Source of the DNA: a bacterium
GTDB taxonomy: Bacteria > Bacteroidota > Ignavibacteria > Kapaibacteriales > UBA2268
Length of the DNA: 64,000 bases
Direction: 5' to 3'
Assembly (NCBI GenBank): GCA_043804925.1
Contig: JAZDIP010000022.1
Span: 148,931-212,930, forward strand
Under the pieces are notes generated by a model. The model saw nothing but the letters and a program-made list of their open reading frames with translations. It did no database searches and was not told where the DNA came from. Below, one piece after another: positions 31,433 to 40,344 of this stretch (its first letter is position 1; the number at the start of each line of letters is the position of its first letter). The position numbers were made by a program, and so were the translations under genes.

Positions 31433-31741
31433 TTATTTATTTATTTGAGTATCAACGAAAACTTTAATATCGTTGAATGCTTCAATGATTTTCTTTTCCA
31501 ATTCTATAGCTTTTTCCCAGTTTTCTTCTTTTGAACAACCCATTAGTTCAATACCTAATTGCGCAGTTTCGTCAAAACCAAACTGTAAGCAAGAACCTTT
31601 GATTGTATGACCAAATCTGTAAAGTTCTTTAGCATCCCGTTCTTTGAGAATAACAGGTAACTGTGTTTTAATATCTTGTTGCCATGTTTCCAAAAATTCG
31701 GGTAACAGTTCAACAACGAAAGGGTCTTCGGGCATCTTCAT
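31433..31741 (-). CDS. Stand-alone Hpt (histidine phosphotransfer) domain protein
   Basis: GHTIKGS phospho-His motif, about 100 aa, helical, GAGGAG RBS. Confidence 0.85.
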   Translation of the reverse strand: MKMPEDPFVVELLPEFLETWQQDIKTQLPVILKERDAKELYRFGHTIKGSCLQFGFDETAQLGIELMGCSKEENWEKAIELEKKIIEAFNDIKVFVDTQINK

Positions 31742-31773
31742 AAATTTCTCCTCTTAATAAATAAAAAATGTTA

Positions 31774-32170
31774 TTGAAAAAGCTATAAGCCGAATTCTGT
31801 CTTGGGTTGCCCCGAGGCAATAATTTATCTGGGAGCAATGTCGCCACTGCCCTCATGCAGCCTACCCGAATACGTAGCTTAAAAAAGCATTGGACGGACA
31901 GTCCTCAGACGCATTCTTATTTGGCTTTGCTCCGCGTCGGGTTTACATAGCAAATCCGGTTACCTGGACTTCTGGTAAGCTCTTGCCTCACCTTTTCAAC
32001 CTTACCTCCATGACTCCCGTTAGGGACGGATTGGCGGTATTCTTTCTGTTGCACTTTCCGTCAGCTCACCCTAAAGCTTACTGCCTTCGCGTTACGAAGC
32101 ACGCTGTCCTGTGGAGTTCGGACTTTCCTCATTCCGATTAAAATCGAAACGCTATTGCCCGCTTTTCCAA
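31774..32170 (-). ncRNA. rnpB: RNase P RNA (bacterial type A)
   Basis: Minus strand has GAGGAAAGTCCGAACTCCACAGG near the 5' end and ACAGAATTCGGCTTATAG near the 3' end. The termini TTGGAAAAGC and GCTTTTTCAA pair as P1. Confidence 0.97.
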
Positions 32171-32395
32171 TAACAAAGTTTAATTATCAAATAACATTTT
32201 TCACAATTATTTTATTATAAGACAATATTAACAAATTTTTGTGATTAATCAAAATAAAACTTGTAATATGTTATCTGTTATCTGTGTTCCGTTATCTGAG
32301 ACTAATTGACTTGAGTCTCGGTTTTTATAGAAATATCGGATTCACATCAAATTTTTATTTGATATTCTCGTTTATTTACAATATATTAGAATGAT

Positions 32396-32704
32396 ATGGA
32401 AATTTTAAACGAAATAAAGCAAGCTATTATAAGTATTGAACCTGAAGCGGAGGTTTATCTTTTTGGTTCAAGGGCGAGAGGAACACATAAGGATGATTCC
32501 GACTGGGATGTTTTGGTTTTACTACCCGGGAAAGTTAATTATTTAAGAAAGGAAAAAATTTGGAATGCCTTATATAATTTACAATATTTTAATGGAATTG
32601 CTCTAAGTATTGCAGTTAAAGAAAAAGATTTTTGGGATAACAACCAAATCTATCATCATACAGAATTTTATAAAAATTTAACCAAAGAAATGGCAGCTTT
32701 ATGA
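32396..32704 (+). CDS. Minimal nucleotidyltransferase (MNT) antitoxin-like protein
   Basis: LFGSRARG...SDWDVLV motif, about 100 aa. Confidence 0.9.
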   Translation: MEILNEIKQAIISIEPEAEVYLFGSRARGTHKDDSDWDVLVLLPGKVNYLRKEKIWNALYNLQYFNGIALSIAVKEKDFWDNNQIYHHTEFYKNLTKEMAAL

Positions 32705-33117
32705 TTGATACTAATGCAGATTTAATTAAGTATAGAATATCAAAAGCATATATGGTGCTTGAAGAAGTAGAAGTACTTTGTCAAAATAATTATTATAGTG
32801 CTGCAATCAGCAGGTTGTATTTTGCTTGTTTTCATGCAGTCATTGCCATTTTGACATTGTTAGGATATTCTGCTAAAACACATAAAGGAACAATGGTGTT
32901 GTTATATCAACATATCGTATCAAATGGAATACTCTCTCAGGAACAAAGTAAATTCTACAGTTCTTTATTTCAAGCAAGACATGAAAATGATTATGATGAT
33001 TTTATCGAACCTGACTCAAGCACTTTGCCTGATTGGCAAATTAAAGCTAAAGAATTTATTGATACAATCAACGACCATATTACCAATGAATTAAGTTCAA
33101 ATGAAAACAAAGAATAA
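32701..33117 (+). CDS. HEPN domain protein (UPF0332-like), partner of MNT
   Basis: AISRLYFACFHA, THKG and RHENDY motifs. Overlaps the MNT stop by 4 nt. Confidence 0.85.
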   Translation: MIDTNADLIKYRISKAYMVLEEVEVLCQNNYYSAAISRLYFACFHAVIAILTLLGYSAKTHKGTMVLLYQHIVSNGILSQEQSKFYSSLFQARHENDYDDFIEPDSSTLPDWQIKAKEFIDTINDHITNELSSNENKE

Positions 33118-33123
33118 TAATAA

Positions 33124-33846
33124 ATGATTTATAAAATAAAAATATTGACCTTTTTATTCTTGTATATTGTTTCAGGTTTTGAAGCAAAATCGCAGATTAA
33201 AGGAATCGAAACTCCTGATGAAAACAAAGACACTGTCTATACTTATATATCACCAAGACCTTTGATATATAGCACAGAAGCGGAAGAGGAAGTGAACTCA
33301 GCTTGGGGTTTGGATTTGGTTTTTTCAGGCAACGGTTTCGGATTAGGACTTTTTTACCAGAAGAAATTCCTTAAGGATTGGTGCTTTTTCTCAAATTTGT
33401 ATTTTTCCGGAGCCAGAAATACCGATGAGCTCGAGTTCTTTGATTATGATAAGCAAATATATTACATACCCGGAAAAGTCAACCGCCTTTACATGATACC
33501 TTTGACAATAGGCATACAAAAATATCTTTTCAAAGAAATACTTCACGACAATCTTCAGCCATTTGTTAACTTAGGGATTGGTCCTTCTTTGATTATCTCT
33601 GCTCCATACCTCGATTACGAAAATAAATTTTTCAGCGCACTTGGAAATTCTGATTTGTTTGGGAGGTTTGGAGGTTTCGTTGGGATTGGTGCAAATGTCG
33701 GCTCAGGTGAAAAAGCTTTCATGTCCCTAAATATGAGATATTACTATATCCCATTCGGAAAAAACGGACTGGAAAGTGTGAAAGATAGCCCCTTAAAAGA
33801 TTTTGGCGGATTATTCCTATCTCTCAGCTTGGGAGCAAAGCTTTAA
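33124..33846 (+). CDS. Hypothetical outer-membrane beta-barrel protein
   Basis: Signal peptide, Gly/aromatic alternating strands and C-terminal LSLSLGAKL. Confidence 0.65.
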   Translation: MIYKIKILTFLFLYIVSGFEAKSQIKGIETPDENKDTVYTYISPRPLIYSTEAEEEVNSAWGLDLVFSGNGFGLGLFYQKKFLKDWCFFSNLYFSGARNTDELEFFDYDKQIYYIPGKVNRLYMIPLTIGIQKYLFKEILHDNLQPFVNLGIGPSLIISAPYLDYENKFFSALGNSDLFGRFGGFVGIGANVGSGEKAFMSLNMRYYYIPFGKNGLESVKDSPLKDFGGLFLSLSLGAKL

Positions 33847-33927
33847 CTAATCATACCAATATAACCCAAAATAATATTTCATAATTCCTGTAACTTTTTC
33901 ATACTTCCTTACGTCTATTGGATTAGA

Positions 33928-33983
33928 AACTAATTTTATAGTTAATAAACTAATTTTTTAGTTGCATAACTAAAAGATTAGTT
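33928..33983 (+). promoter_or_regulatory. Three tandem 16-bp palindromic operators (AACTAA-N4-TTAGTT) upstream of blaI
   Basis: AACTAATTTTATAGTT (33928), AACTAATTTTTTAGTT (33948), AACTAAAAGATTAGTT (33968), with an exact 20-bp period. Confidence 0.8.
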
Positions 33984-34015
33984 GTAAATTGCAGAAAAAT
34001 GATTAACAATAGGTA

Positions 34016-34420
34016 GTGAATATGACTGAATTAACAAAAGCGGAAGAAGAAATCATGCAGGTACTCTGGAAACTTGACAATGCATTCGTCAAGGATGTAA
34101 TAGAGGTTCTACCAGAACCAAAACCTGCTTACAATACAGTTTCAACCATCATCAGAATACTCGAAAAGAAAGGTTTTGTTGAGCATGAGGCATTTGGCAA
34201 GACTCACAGGTATTTCCCTTCCGTTTCAAAAAAAGATTATACTAAGGTATTTCTGAAAGGATTTGTAAACAATTATTTCAGCAATTCTTACAGGCAGATG
34301 GTTTCATTTTTCGCAAAAGAAAATAATCTAAGCATAAAGGAATTGGAAGAACTCCGAAAAATAATAGATGAACAAATGTCGGATAAAAGTTCAAAAACAA
34401 GAAAGAGGAAGGAAGGTTGA
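34016..34420 (+). CDS. BlaI/MecI/CopY-family transcriptional repressor
   Basis: LTKAEEEIMQVLW...YNTVSTIIRILEKKGFV...YFP pattern. Confidence 0.95.
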   Translation: MNMTELTKAEEEIMQVLWKLDNAFVKDVIEVLPEPKPAYNTVSTIIRILEKKGFVEHEAFGKTHRYFPSVSKKDYTKVFLKGFVNNYFSNSYRQMVSFFAKENNLSIKELEELRKIIDEQMSDKSSKTRKRKEG

Positions 34421-34421
34421 T

Positions 34422-36446
34422 ATGTCATCATTCATAACTTATATGCTCGAATCTGCAATCTGCATCACGATATTTTACTTGACATACAGATTGCTGTTTC
34501 ACCGCGATACATTTTTCACTGTTAACAGGTTTTTCCTGATTATCACTCTGTTTTTGGCAATGCTTATTCCGGCATTTTCTGTTTCAACCGGGATCGAAAG
34601 TGAGGTCATGTATTACGGTACTATTCAAACGATAATAGTAACTGCGGATAATATTGAAAGAACTGTTGAATCCGGTCTTAGCTCATGGGAAGTAGCCGCT
34701 ATTATTTACCTGACAGGTTTGCTGATATTCACAATAAGGTTTTTGGTGCAGATGATACAATTAATAATAATTATTCGTAAATGCGGAATAAATAAAATTC
34801 TTGGTTATAAAATCGTTTTCACTGAAGGCAAGTTTGCACCCTTCTCGTTTTTCAATATTATTTTCCTGAACGAATCATTTATGTACAATGATGATACCGC
34901 ACAAATACTCGCACATGAGAAAATACATATACAAAAAAAACATACTTATGATATAATCCTATTAGAAATTTTTACGATTATCCAATGGTTCAATCCTTTC
35001 ATCTGGTTTTACAGAAACTCGATTCGCGACGTACATGAATACCAGGCAGATGAAGGAGTTGTAAGCAAAGGGTATGATAAAATAAATTACCAAAAGCTGA
35101 TACTGAAACAGATCACCGGCGCCGAAGGGGTGAACAGCCCCGATCTGTTTCAGCCGGCTAATAATTTCAATTATTCAACAATTAAACGGAGGATTATTAT
35201 GTTAACAAAATCAAGAACTAAGAAAATGGCAATATTGAAATTCCTTTTGGTCTTACCGATGTCGGCGCTGTTAGTCTTAGCATTCTCATGCTCAGAATCC
35301 GGCTCCGGGAATAAAACCATATCCTATACATTAGAATATGAAGATGGAACAGAAACTGTAAAATATGACACTCCGCCACAATTTCCAGGTGGTCACAAAG
35401 CACTATCTGAGTTTCTCAGAAACAACCAAAAAGTACCCGAAAAAATGGTTGAGGCAAAGACAGCAGGTAAAGTTACAGTTCGATTTAAAGTCAATACGGA
35501 TGGGTCTCTTGAAAAAATAAGGGTTGCTCAGACTTTAAAAAAGGGTGGCAAGTGGTCTAAGGACAAACTCGGTTACGGTTGTGACGAAGAAGCTTTACGG
35601 CTTGTAAAAAGTATGCCTAAATGGAAACCGGCTGTATATAAAGGTAAACCGATTAAAATAACTCAATCCTTAATATTTTTCTTTGGGACAGAGGAGATGC
35701 AGAAAAACTGGAATGATTATTACAATGATGAGGCAAATTGGACTGCGTTTAAATTAACATCCGGCTCAAAGGAAGGAAATTTGGTTGATGTTCTGTTCGC
35801 GGGTGGACACATTAATATGGTAGAATACTTAAGTAAGAATCTGAAATACCCAGAAGAAGCAAGAAAAAAAGGAGTCGAAGGTACTGTTATCGTTGCTTTC
35901 AAAATAGGGAATGATGGAAAAGTTTCTGAAGCAAAGGTTGTCCAAAGTATAGGTTATGGCTGTGATGAGGAAGCCGTCAGGGTTGTTTCAAAAATTCCAA
36001 ACTGGGAAATTAAAAATAAAGTTTCAGATGATTTTAAATGCGAAATGAAAATACCGATAAAATTTAAACTTCAGGATAAAGGTAGTTCGGGTGAACACAT
36101 TAATGCAGTGAAAGTACAGTTTGTTCCTCAAAAGGCAAACGAATATATTGAAATTGACCAAATGCCAAAGATGGATGTCAATACATATATAGCAAACTTC
36201 AAGTATCCCGAAGAAGCAAGAAAAAAAGGAATTACAGGGACTGTATATGTCAGGGCATTAGTCGGAACAGACGGTAAAGTTAAAGAAACAAAAATTGAAT
36301 CAAGCGAAAACGACATTTTGTCTGAAGCGGCTGTCAAAGCCATTGAATCAACTGTATTTGAACCTGCAATGGACAAAGGCAAAAAAGTTCAAGCATGGGT
36401 AACAATACCGGTGAAATTTCAGTTGGGGGAGAAAAAAGATAAATAA
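34422..36446 (+). CDS. M56 (BlaR1-like) metallopeptidase fused to three TonB C-terminal domains
   Basis: TM segments, HEKIH zinc motif, WFNPFIW and HEYQAD. Three YP..A...G..G.V.V.F/GYGCDEEA TonB_C-like repeats. Likely start ATG 34422. Confidence 0.9.
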   Translation: MSSFITYMLESAICITIFYLTYRLLFHRDTFFTVNRFFLIITLFLAMLIPAFSVSTGIESEVMYYGTIQTIIVTADNIERTVESGLSSWEVAAIIYLTGLLIFTIRFLVQMIQLIIIIRKCGINKILGYKIVFTEGKFAPFSFFNIIFLNESFMYNDDTAQILAHEKIHIQKKHTYDIILLEIFTIIQWFNPFIWFYRNSIRDVHEYQADEGVVSKGYDKINYQKLILKQITGAEGVNSPDLFQPANNFNYSTIKRRIIMLTKSRTKKMAILKFLLVLPMSALLVLAFSCSESGSGNKTISYTLEYEDGTETVKYDTPPQFPGGHKALSEFLRNNQKVPEKMVEAKTAGKVTVRFKVNTDGSLEKIRVAQTLKKGGKWSKDKLGYGCDEEALRLVKSMPKWKPAVYKGKPIKITQSLIFFFGTEEMQKNWNDYYNDEANWTAFKLTSGSKEGNLVDVLFAGGHINMVEYLSKNLKYPEEARKKGVEGTVIVAFKIGNDGKVSEAKVVQSIGYGCDEEAVRVVSKIPNWEIKNKVSDDFKCEMKIPIKFKLQDKGSSGEHINAVKVQFVPQKANEYIEIDQMPKMDVNTYIANFKYPEEARKKGITGTVYVRALVGTDGKVKETKIESSENDILSEAAVKAIESTVFEPAMDKGKKVQAWVTIPVKFQLGEKKDK

Positions 36447-36491
36447 AAAATGTGGGGGTAGGTTCAAAACCTGCCCAATTTATAAAAAAAT

Positions 36492-36540
36492 TGTCAACCT
36501 GAGCAGTCGAAGAATGTCATTCTGAACGAAGTGAAGAGTT
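36492..36540. repeat. GTCATTC-type intergenic palindromic element fragments (also about 42340-42365, 43705-43790, 50836-50910)
   Basis: TGTCATTCTGAACGAAGTGAAG, TGTCATTCCGCGAAAGCAGGAATC, GTGAAGCGGAGAATCC...GGATTCCTCGCTTCAC and GCAGGAATC...GAAATGACA. Confidence 0.55.
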
Positions 36541-36676
36541 TTTTTAATTTCAATACATAAGTTGTCTGAATGAAAAAAAGAAATTTCCGAAAAATTATAA
36601 ATAATAATTTCCCTCTTGAGTAATGGTAGTGTATACTACTGTTTTAAAACTTCCTTAACAATCTTACTATAAAAAA

Positions 36677-36728
36677 TACTATGTCTATAAAAATACCTTG
36701 ACAGACATAGTAATTTTTATTATATTTG
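36677..36728 (+). promoter_or_regulatory. PadR promoter with an inverted-repeat operator
   Basis: TACTATGTCT (36677) and AGACATAGTA (36703) form a perfect 10-bp inverted repeat overlapping TTGACA (36698). TATATTTG at 36721. Confidence 0.65.
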
Positions 36729-36764
36729 TTTTGTTGTTTGTTTAACATTAGAAAAAAGACGTTT

Positions 36765-37085
36765 ATGACTATAAATTCGGATTTAATCAGAGGTCATATT
36801 GACACAGTAATATTAAACTTATTAGCTAAGGGTGATAAGTACGGTTATGAAATCTCCAAAATCATTAATTTTCAAACAGGAGGAGAATATGAAATCAATG
36901 AAGCGACTTTGTATTCAAGTTTAAAGCGGCTTGAAAGGGTTCAATCAATTATCTCCTATTGGGGTGATGAAACTCAGGGAGGAAGAAGAAAATATTATAA
37001 AATTACCGATGATGGTAAAAATGTATTAATCCAAAACAAACTCAATTGGGAATTTACGAAAAAAATTATTTCAAAACTTATATAA
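36765..37085 (+). CDS. PadR-family transcriptional regulator
   Basis: DLIRGHID...DKYGYEI...EATLYSSLKRLE...GRRKYYKIT motifs. Confidence 0.93.
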   Translation: MTINSDLIRGHIDTVILNLLAKGDKYGYEISKIINFQTGGEYEINEATLYSSLKRLERVQSIISYWGDETQGGRRKYYKITDDGKNVLIQNKLNWEFTKKIISKLI

Positions 37086-37097
37086 AAAGGTAAAATT

Positions 37098-38033
37098 ATG
37101 AACGACAAAATAAAATCACATTTAGAGAAAGTATTTGGTACTTACCCGGATTTGAATAGCGTAAAAGAATTAAAAGAAGAACTATATTCGGATTTGCAGG
37201 AGCGGTACAGTGAACTCAAAGCTGATGGCAAAGATGATGAAACAGCTTTTAAGATGACAATAGACAGTATTGGAGACATTGAGATGACTCTCAAGGAAAT
37301 AGCTAATTTATCAGACTCAATGGAGGAGGAAGTACTTGCAGATTTCAGTGCAAGCAATTTACCAAAAAGCGACTTTGCGGGTGTAACGGCAAATGAAGGG
37401 CAATTTAATGCGAGTAACCTTAAGGAAAGCGACTTTGCCGGAGTAACCGTACATAATGGAAAATTTATTGCAAGTGCTTTGCGTGGCGCTGACTTTTCAG
37501 GGGCTGATCTGACCGGTAGCATTTTTAAGGTAAGTGATTTGCGGGAAGCCAATTTTGACAAGGCAAATCTAACAGACTGCAACTTTACGACTCTTGATTT
37601 AGCAGATGCGAGCTTCAATCAATCTAACCTTTTACGTACTAATTTCGACAAATCGGGGTTTGATGGAGCAAAATTTATTGAAGTTAATTTTAACAACTCT
37701 AAGCTAATTATGTGTGACCTTAGAAAAACAAGATTCGAAAGGTGTACCTTCAAAGGTGTTGACTTCAAATATTCCGACCTGCGGAGACAGTGCCTGGACG
37801 GACTGACTTTTATCAATGTCAAGTTTGATGGAGCAGGACTTAACGACGTTTCTTTTAAGGGTGCGACACTTAAAAATGTATCGTTCCGTTCGCTATTTGC
37901 TTTGACAAATAGATATTACAAAGCACTCGGAACAATCAGCTTTGAAGCTACTAAAATGGATAAACTTACATACAATTTACTCAAGGGTTTAAATGCTAAT
38001 CTCAGTAATGTAACGATATTGGATAAATTCTGA
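37098..38033 (+). CDS. Pentapeptide-repeat protein with N-terminal permease-prefix-1/HAAS-like domain
   Basis: N-terminal IKSHLEKVF...KEELYSDL...G...A...IGD pattern, then A(D/N)(F/L)xx repeats. Confidence 0.85.
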   Translation: MNDKIKSHLEKVFGTYPDLNSVKELKEELYSDLQERYSELKADGKDDETAFKMTIDSIGDIEMTLKEIANLSDSMEEEVLADFSASNLPKSDFAGVTANEGQFNASNLKESDFAGVTVHNGKFIASALRGADFSGADLTGSIFKVSDLREANFDKANLTDCNFTTLDLADASFNQSNLLRTNFDKSGFDGAKFIEVNFNNSKLIMCDLRKTRFERCTFKGVDFKYSDLRRQCLDGLTFINVKFDGAGLNDVSFKGATLKNVSFRSLFALTNRYYKALGTISFEATKMDKLTYNLLKGLNANLSNVTILDKF

Positions 38034-38144
38034 AGAAACTTAATAATATTTTTTAAAAAAGAGGGGAAGGCTCAAAACCTGCCCTACTGTAACATTCTAA
38101 CAATTAATTTCGTATTTTAGAAAAAATTGTTGCTGAGAATTATT

Positions 38145-38822
38145 ATGAATGATACAAAAAGTTTGAAGATTAATGCTTATTCAAAATTATTTTTGATGCC
38201 CTTTGTGCTAGGTTTGGCTTTTTTTCTGCCTGCAGGCACATTTGACTATTGGCAGGCATGGGTATATATGGCAGTTATTGGTATTCCTGCTTTTTTTCTA
38301 ATTAAGCATATGCTGAAATATAATCAGGAACTAATGAGAAGACGCATGCAATTTAAAGAAAAAGAAAAAACTCAAACAAAGTTAGTAAACTACGGTTCAA
38401 TAATCTACATTTTCCTTTACTTGCTTCCCGGTTTTGACAGAAGATTTATTTGGTCATCGGTTCCCGACTGGCTCGTTATAATCTCAAACATAATTGTTTT
38501 TTTAGGTTATCTGATTGTCATTGTCGTGTTTAAACAAAACAGTTACGCATCCAGAATTGTAGAAGTCGAAGAAGGACAAACAGTTATTACAAACGGACTA
38601 TATTCAGTTGTCAGGCATCCTATGTATATAGGTACGTTATTGATGATGCTCGCAACTCCTCTTGCCCTTGGTTCTTATTGGGCATTAATTCCTGCCATGT
38701 TTATGCCCGGAATTTTAATAATAAGAATATTCACTGAGGAGAAAGTCCTTCGGAAAAACCTGATTGGATATAACGAATATTGCGAAAAAACCAAATACAG
38801 GTTGATTCCCTTTATTTGGTAA
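38145..38822 (+). CDS. Isoprenylcysteine carboxylmethyltransferase-family membrane protein
   Basis: GTFDYWQAW, GLYSVVRHPMY and EEKVL...GY.EY motifs. Confidence 0.88.
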   Translation: MNDTKSLKINAYSKLFLMPFVLGLAFFLPAGTFDYWQAWVYMAVIGIPAFFLIKHMLKYNQELMRRRMQFKEKEKTQTKLVNYGSIIYIFLYLLPGFDRRFIWSSVPDWLVIISNIIVFLGYLIVIVVFKQNSYASRIVEVEEGQTVITNGLYSVVRHPMYIGTLLMMLATPLALGSYWALIPAMFMPGILIIRIFTEEKVLRKNLIGYNEYCEKTKYRLIPFIW

Positions 38823-38954
38823 TTCAAATCATTCGCAAAGAAACCTCCAATGATAAATATTTCCTCTTCGGTAACTTTTTCTTTCTTTTAATCGTCTTTA
38901 GATAAAATCTATTGTGTATTATTTAAGAAGTTAATTAAAACAGATGGCAGGAGT

Positions 38955-40073
38955 ATGAGAATAATTGATTTAAAAAAGATTGGATTATATCTTTTATTTT
39001 TTATAATTTTTACTGAGATAGATATTTTTTGCAGGCAATTATATCCAATAGCAGTAGATGATAAAGTCGGATATATTGATTCAACGGGTACCATAATTAT
39101 CGAACCTCAATTTGAAACGATAATTCAATATTATGAGATTACAGCAAACGGAGAAAAATTAAAAGGTGTAAAGTTCCCTTCAAATGCTCACTTTTCCGAA
39201 GGTTATGCAACCGTCAGGGATGCTGATTATTTTCTGTTTATACCTCTCAGGTATCATTACAGTTTAATTAACTCCGACGGAAAATTGGTATTATTTGAAA
39301 CCGATTACGAAATAGGTCCATTTAAAGATAATTTTGCCGTTGTCAGGCAACCTATAAAACATTTTCAATATGTTTATGATAATAAATTTGGATTAATAAA
39401 TAATAAAGTCCAAACTATTATTCAACCAAAATATAAATGGGTAGGACAATTTAACGAAGGTTTGATATTAGTTTTACTTAACGATGGATACGGGTATACC
39501 GATTTATATGATTCATTGGTAATTTACCCTGCTTTTCAAGATGGTACAAATTTTTCTGAAGGTTTGGCAGCAGTATCCATAAACGACAAGTACGGATATA
39601 TTGATAAAAATGGAAGCATGATAATACCGGAACAATTTGTTAAGGCATGGTCCTTTGTTGACGGTTTAGCCCGTGTTTATGACGGTAACAGATTCTTTTA
39701 CATTGATAAAAAAGGTAATAAGCTATTCGATAATACTTATACCTCAGCAGCAAATTTTTCTGAAGGGTATGCAAAAGTTTTTGTAGATGGATTTGTCGGA
39801 TTTATTGATAAGTCGGGAATCATGGCGATACCGGCACAGTTCAATAATGCTACCGATTTTACAAATGGAACTGCAGCAGTGGAAATTAATGGAAAATGGG
39901 GCTTTATTGATAAATCCGGAATGTTTATTCTTCAGCCAAAATATGATTATGCAAACAATTTTGAGAAGGAACTATCAGAAGTTTGGATTGATAAGGAAAT
40001 GTGGTATATAAACAAGAAAGGTGAGAAAATTTCAAAGGTTTTTTGGGATGAAAAAACTTTTCTTTGGTGGTAA
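38955..40073 (+). CDS. WG-repeat (KWG) protein
   Basis: Repeated F(S)EG(L/Y)A.V...K(W/Y)G(F/Y)IDK.G units. Confidence 0.9.
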   Translation: MRIIDLKKIGLYLLFFIIFTEIDIFCRQLYPIAVDDKVGYIDSTGTIIIEPQFETIIQYYEITANGEKLKGVKFPSNAHFSEGYATVRDADYFLFIPLRYHYSLINSDGKLVLFETDYEIGPFKDNFAVVRQPIKHFQYVYDNKFGLINNKVQTIIQPKYKWVGQFNEGLILVLLNDGYGYTDLYDSLVIYPAFQDGTNFSEGLAAVSINDKYGYIDKNGSMIIPEQFVKAWSFVDGLARVYDGNRFFYIDKKGNKLFDNTYTSAANFSEGYAKVFVDGFVGFIDKSGIMAIPAQFNNATDFTNGTAAVEINGKWGFIDKSGMFILQPKYDYANNFEKELSEVWIDKEMWYINKKGEKISKVFWDEKTFLWW

Positions 40074-40344
40074 TTATTAATAACTACAACAATCTTAAAA
40101 TATTTATTCGTTAAGTCAACCTTATAAAGAATCCTTCTATCTGTTCTCACAAAAAATCAATTATTGGTACGGATTTTGTAATATGATAATATATTAATAA
40201 TTTTATATAATTATTTTCAACAAAAATTGTCATTTTAGTAATTTTTATGATATTTAAGTAAATTTATTTTAAATAACAAGTTGGCGAAGAAAAAATTATT
40301 TTTATAAAAAGGAAATAAATATTCATATTATTTTGGACGGGAAG

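Noticed and set aside
31890-32141. 83-aa + strand ORF
   Set aside because: It lies antisense within the RNase P RNA gene and is a shadow ORF.
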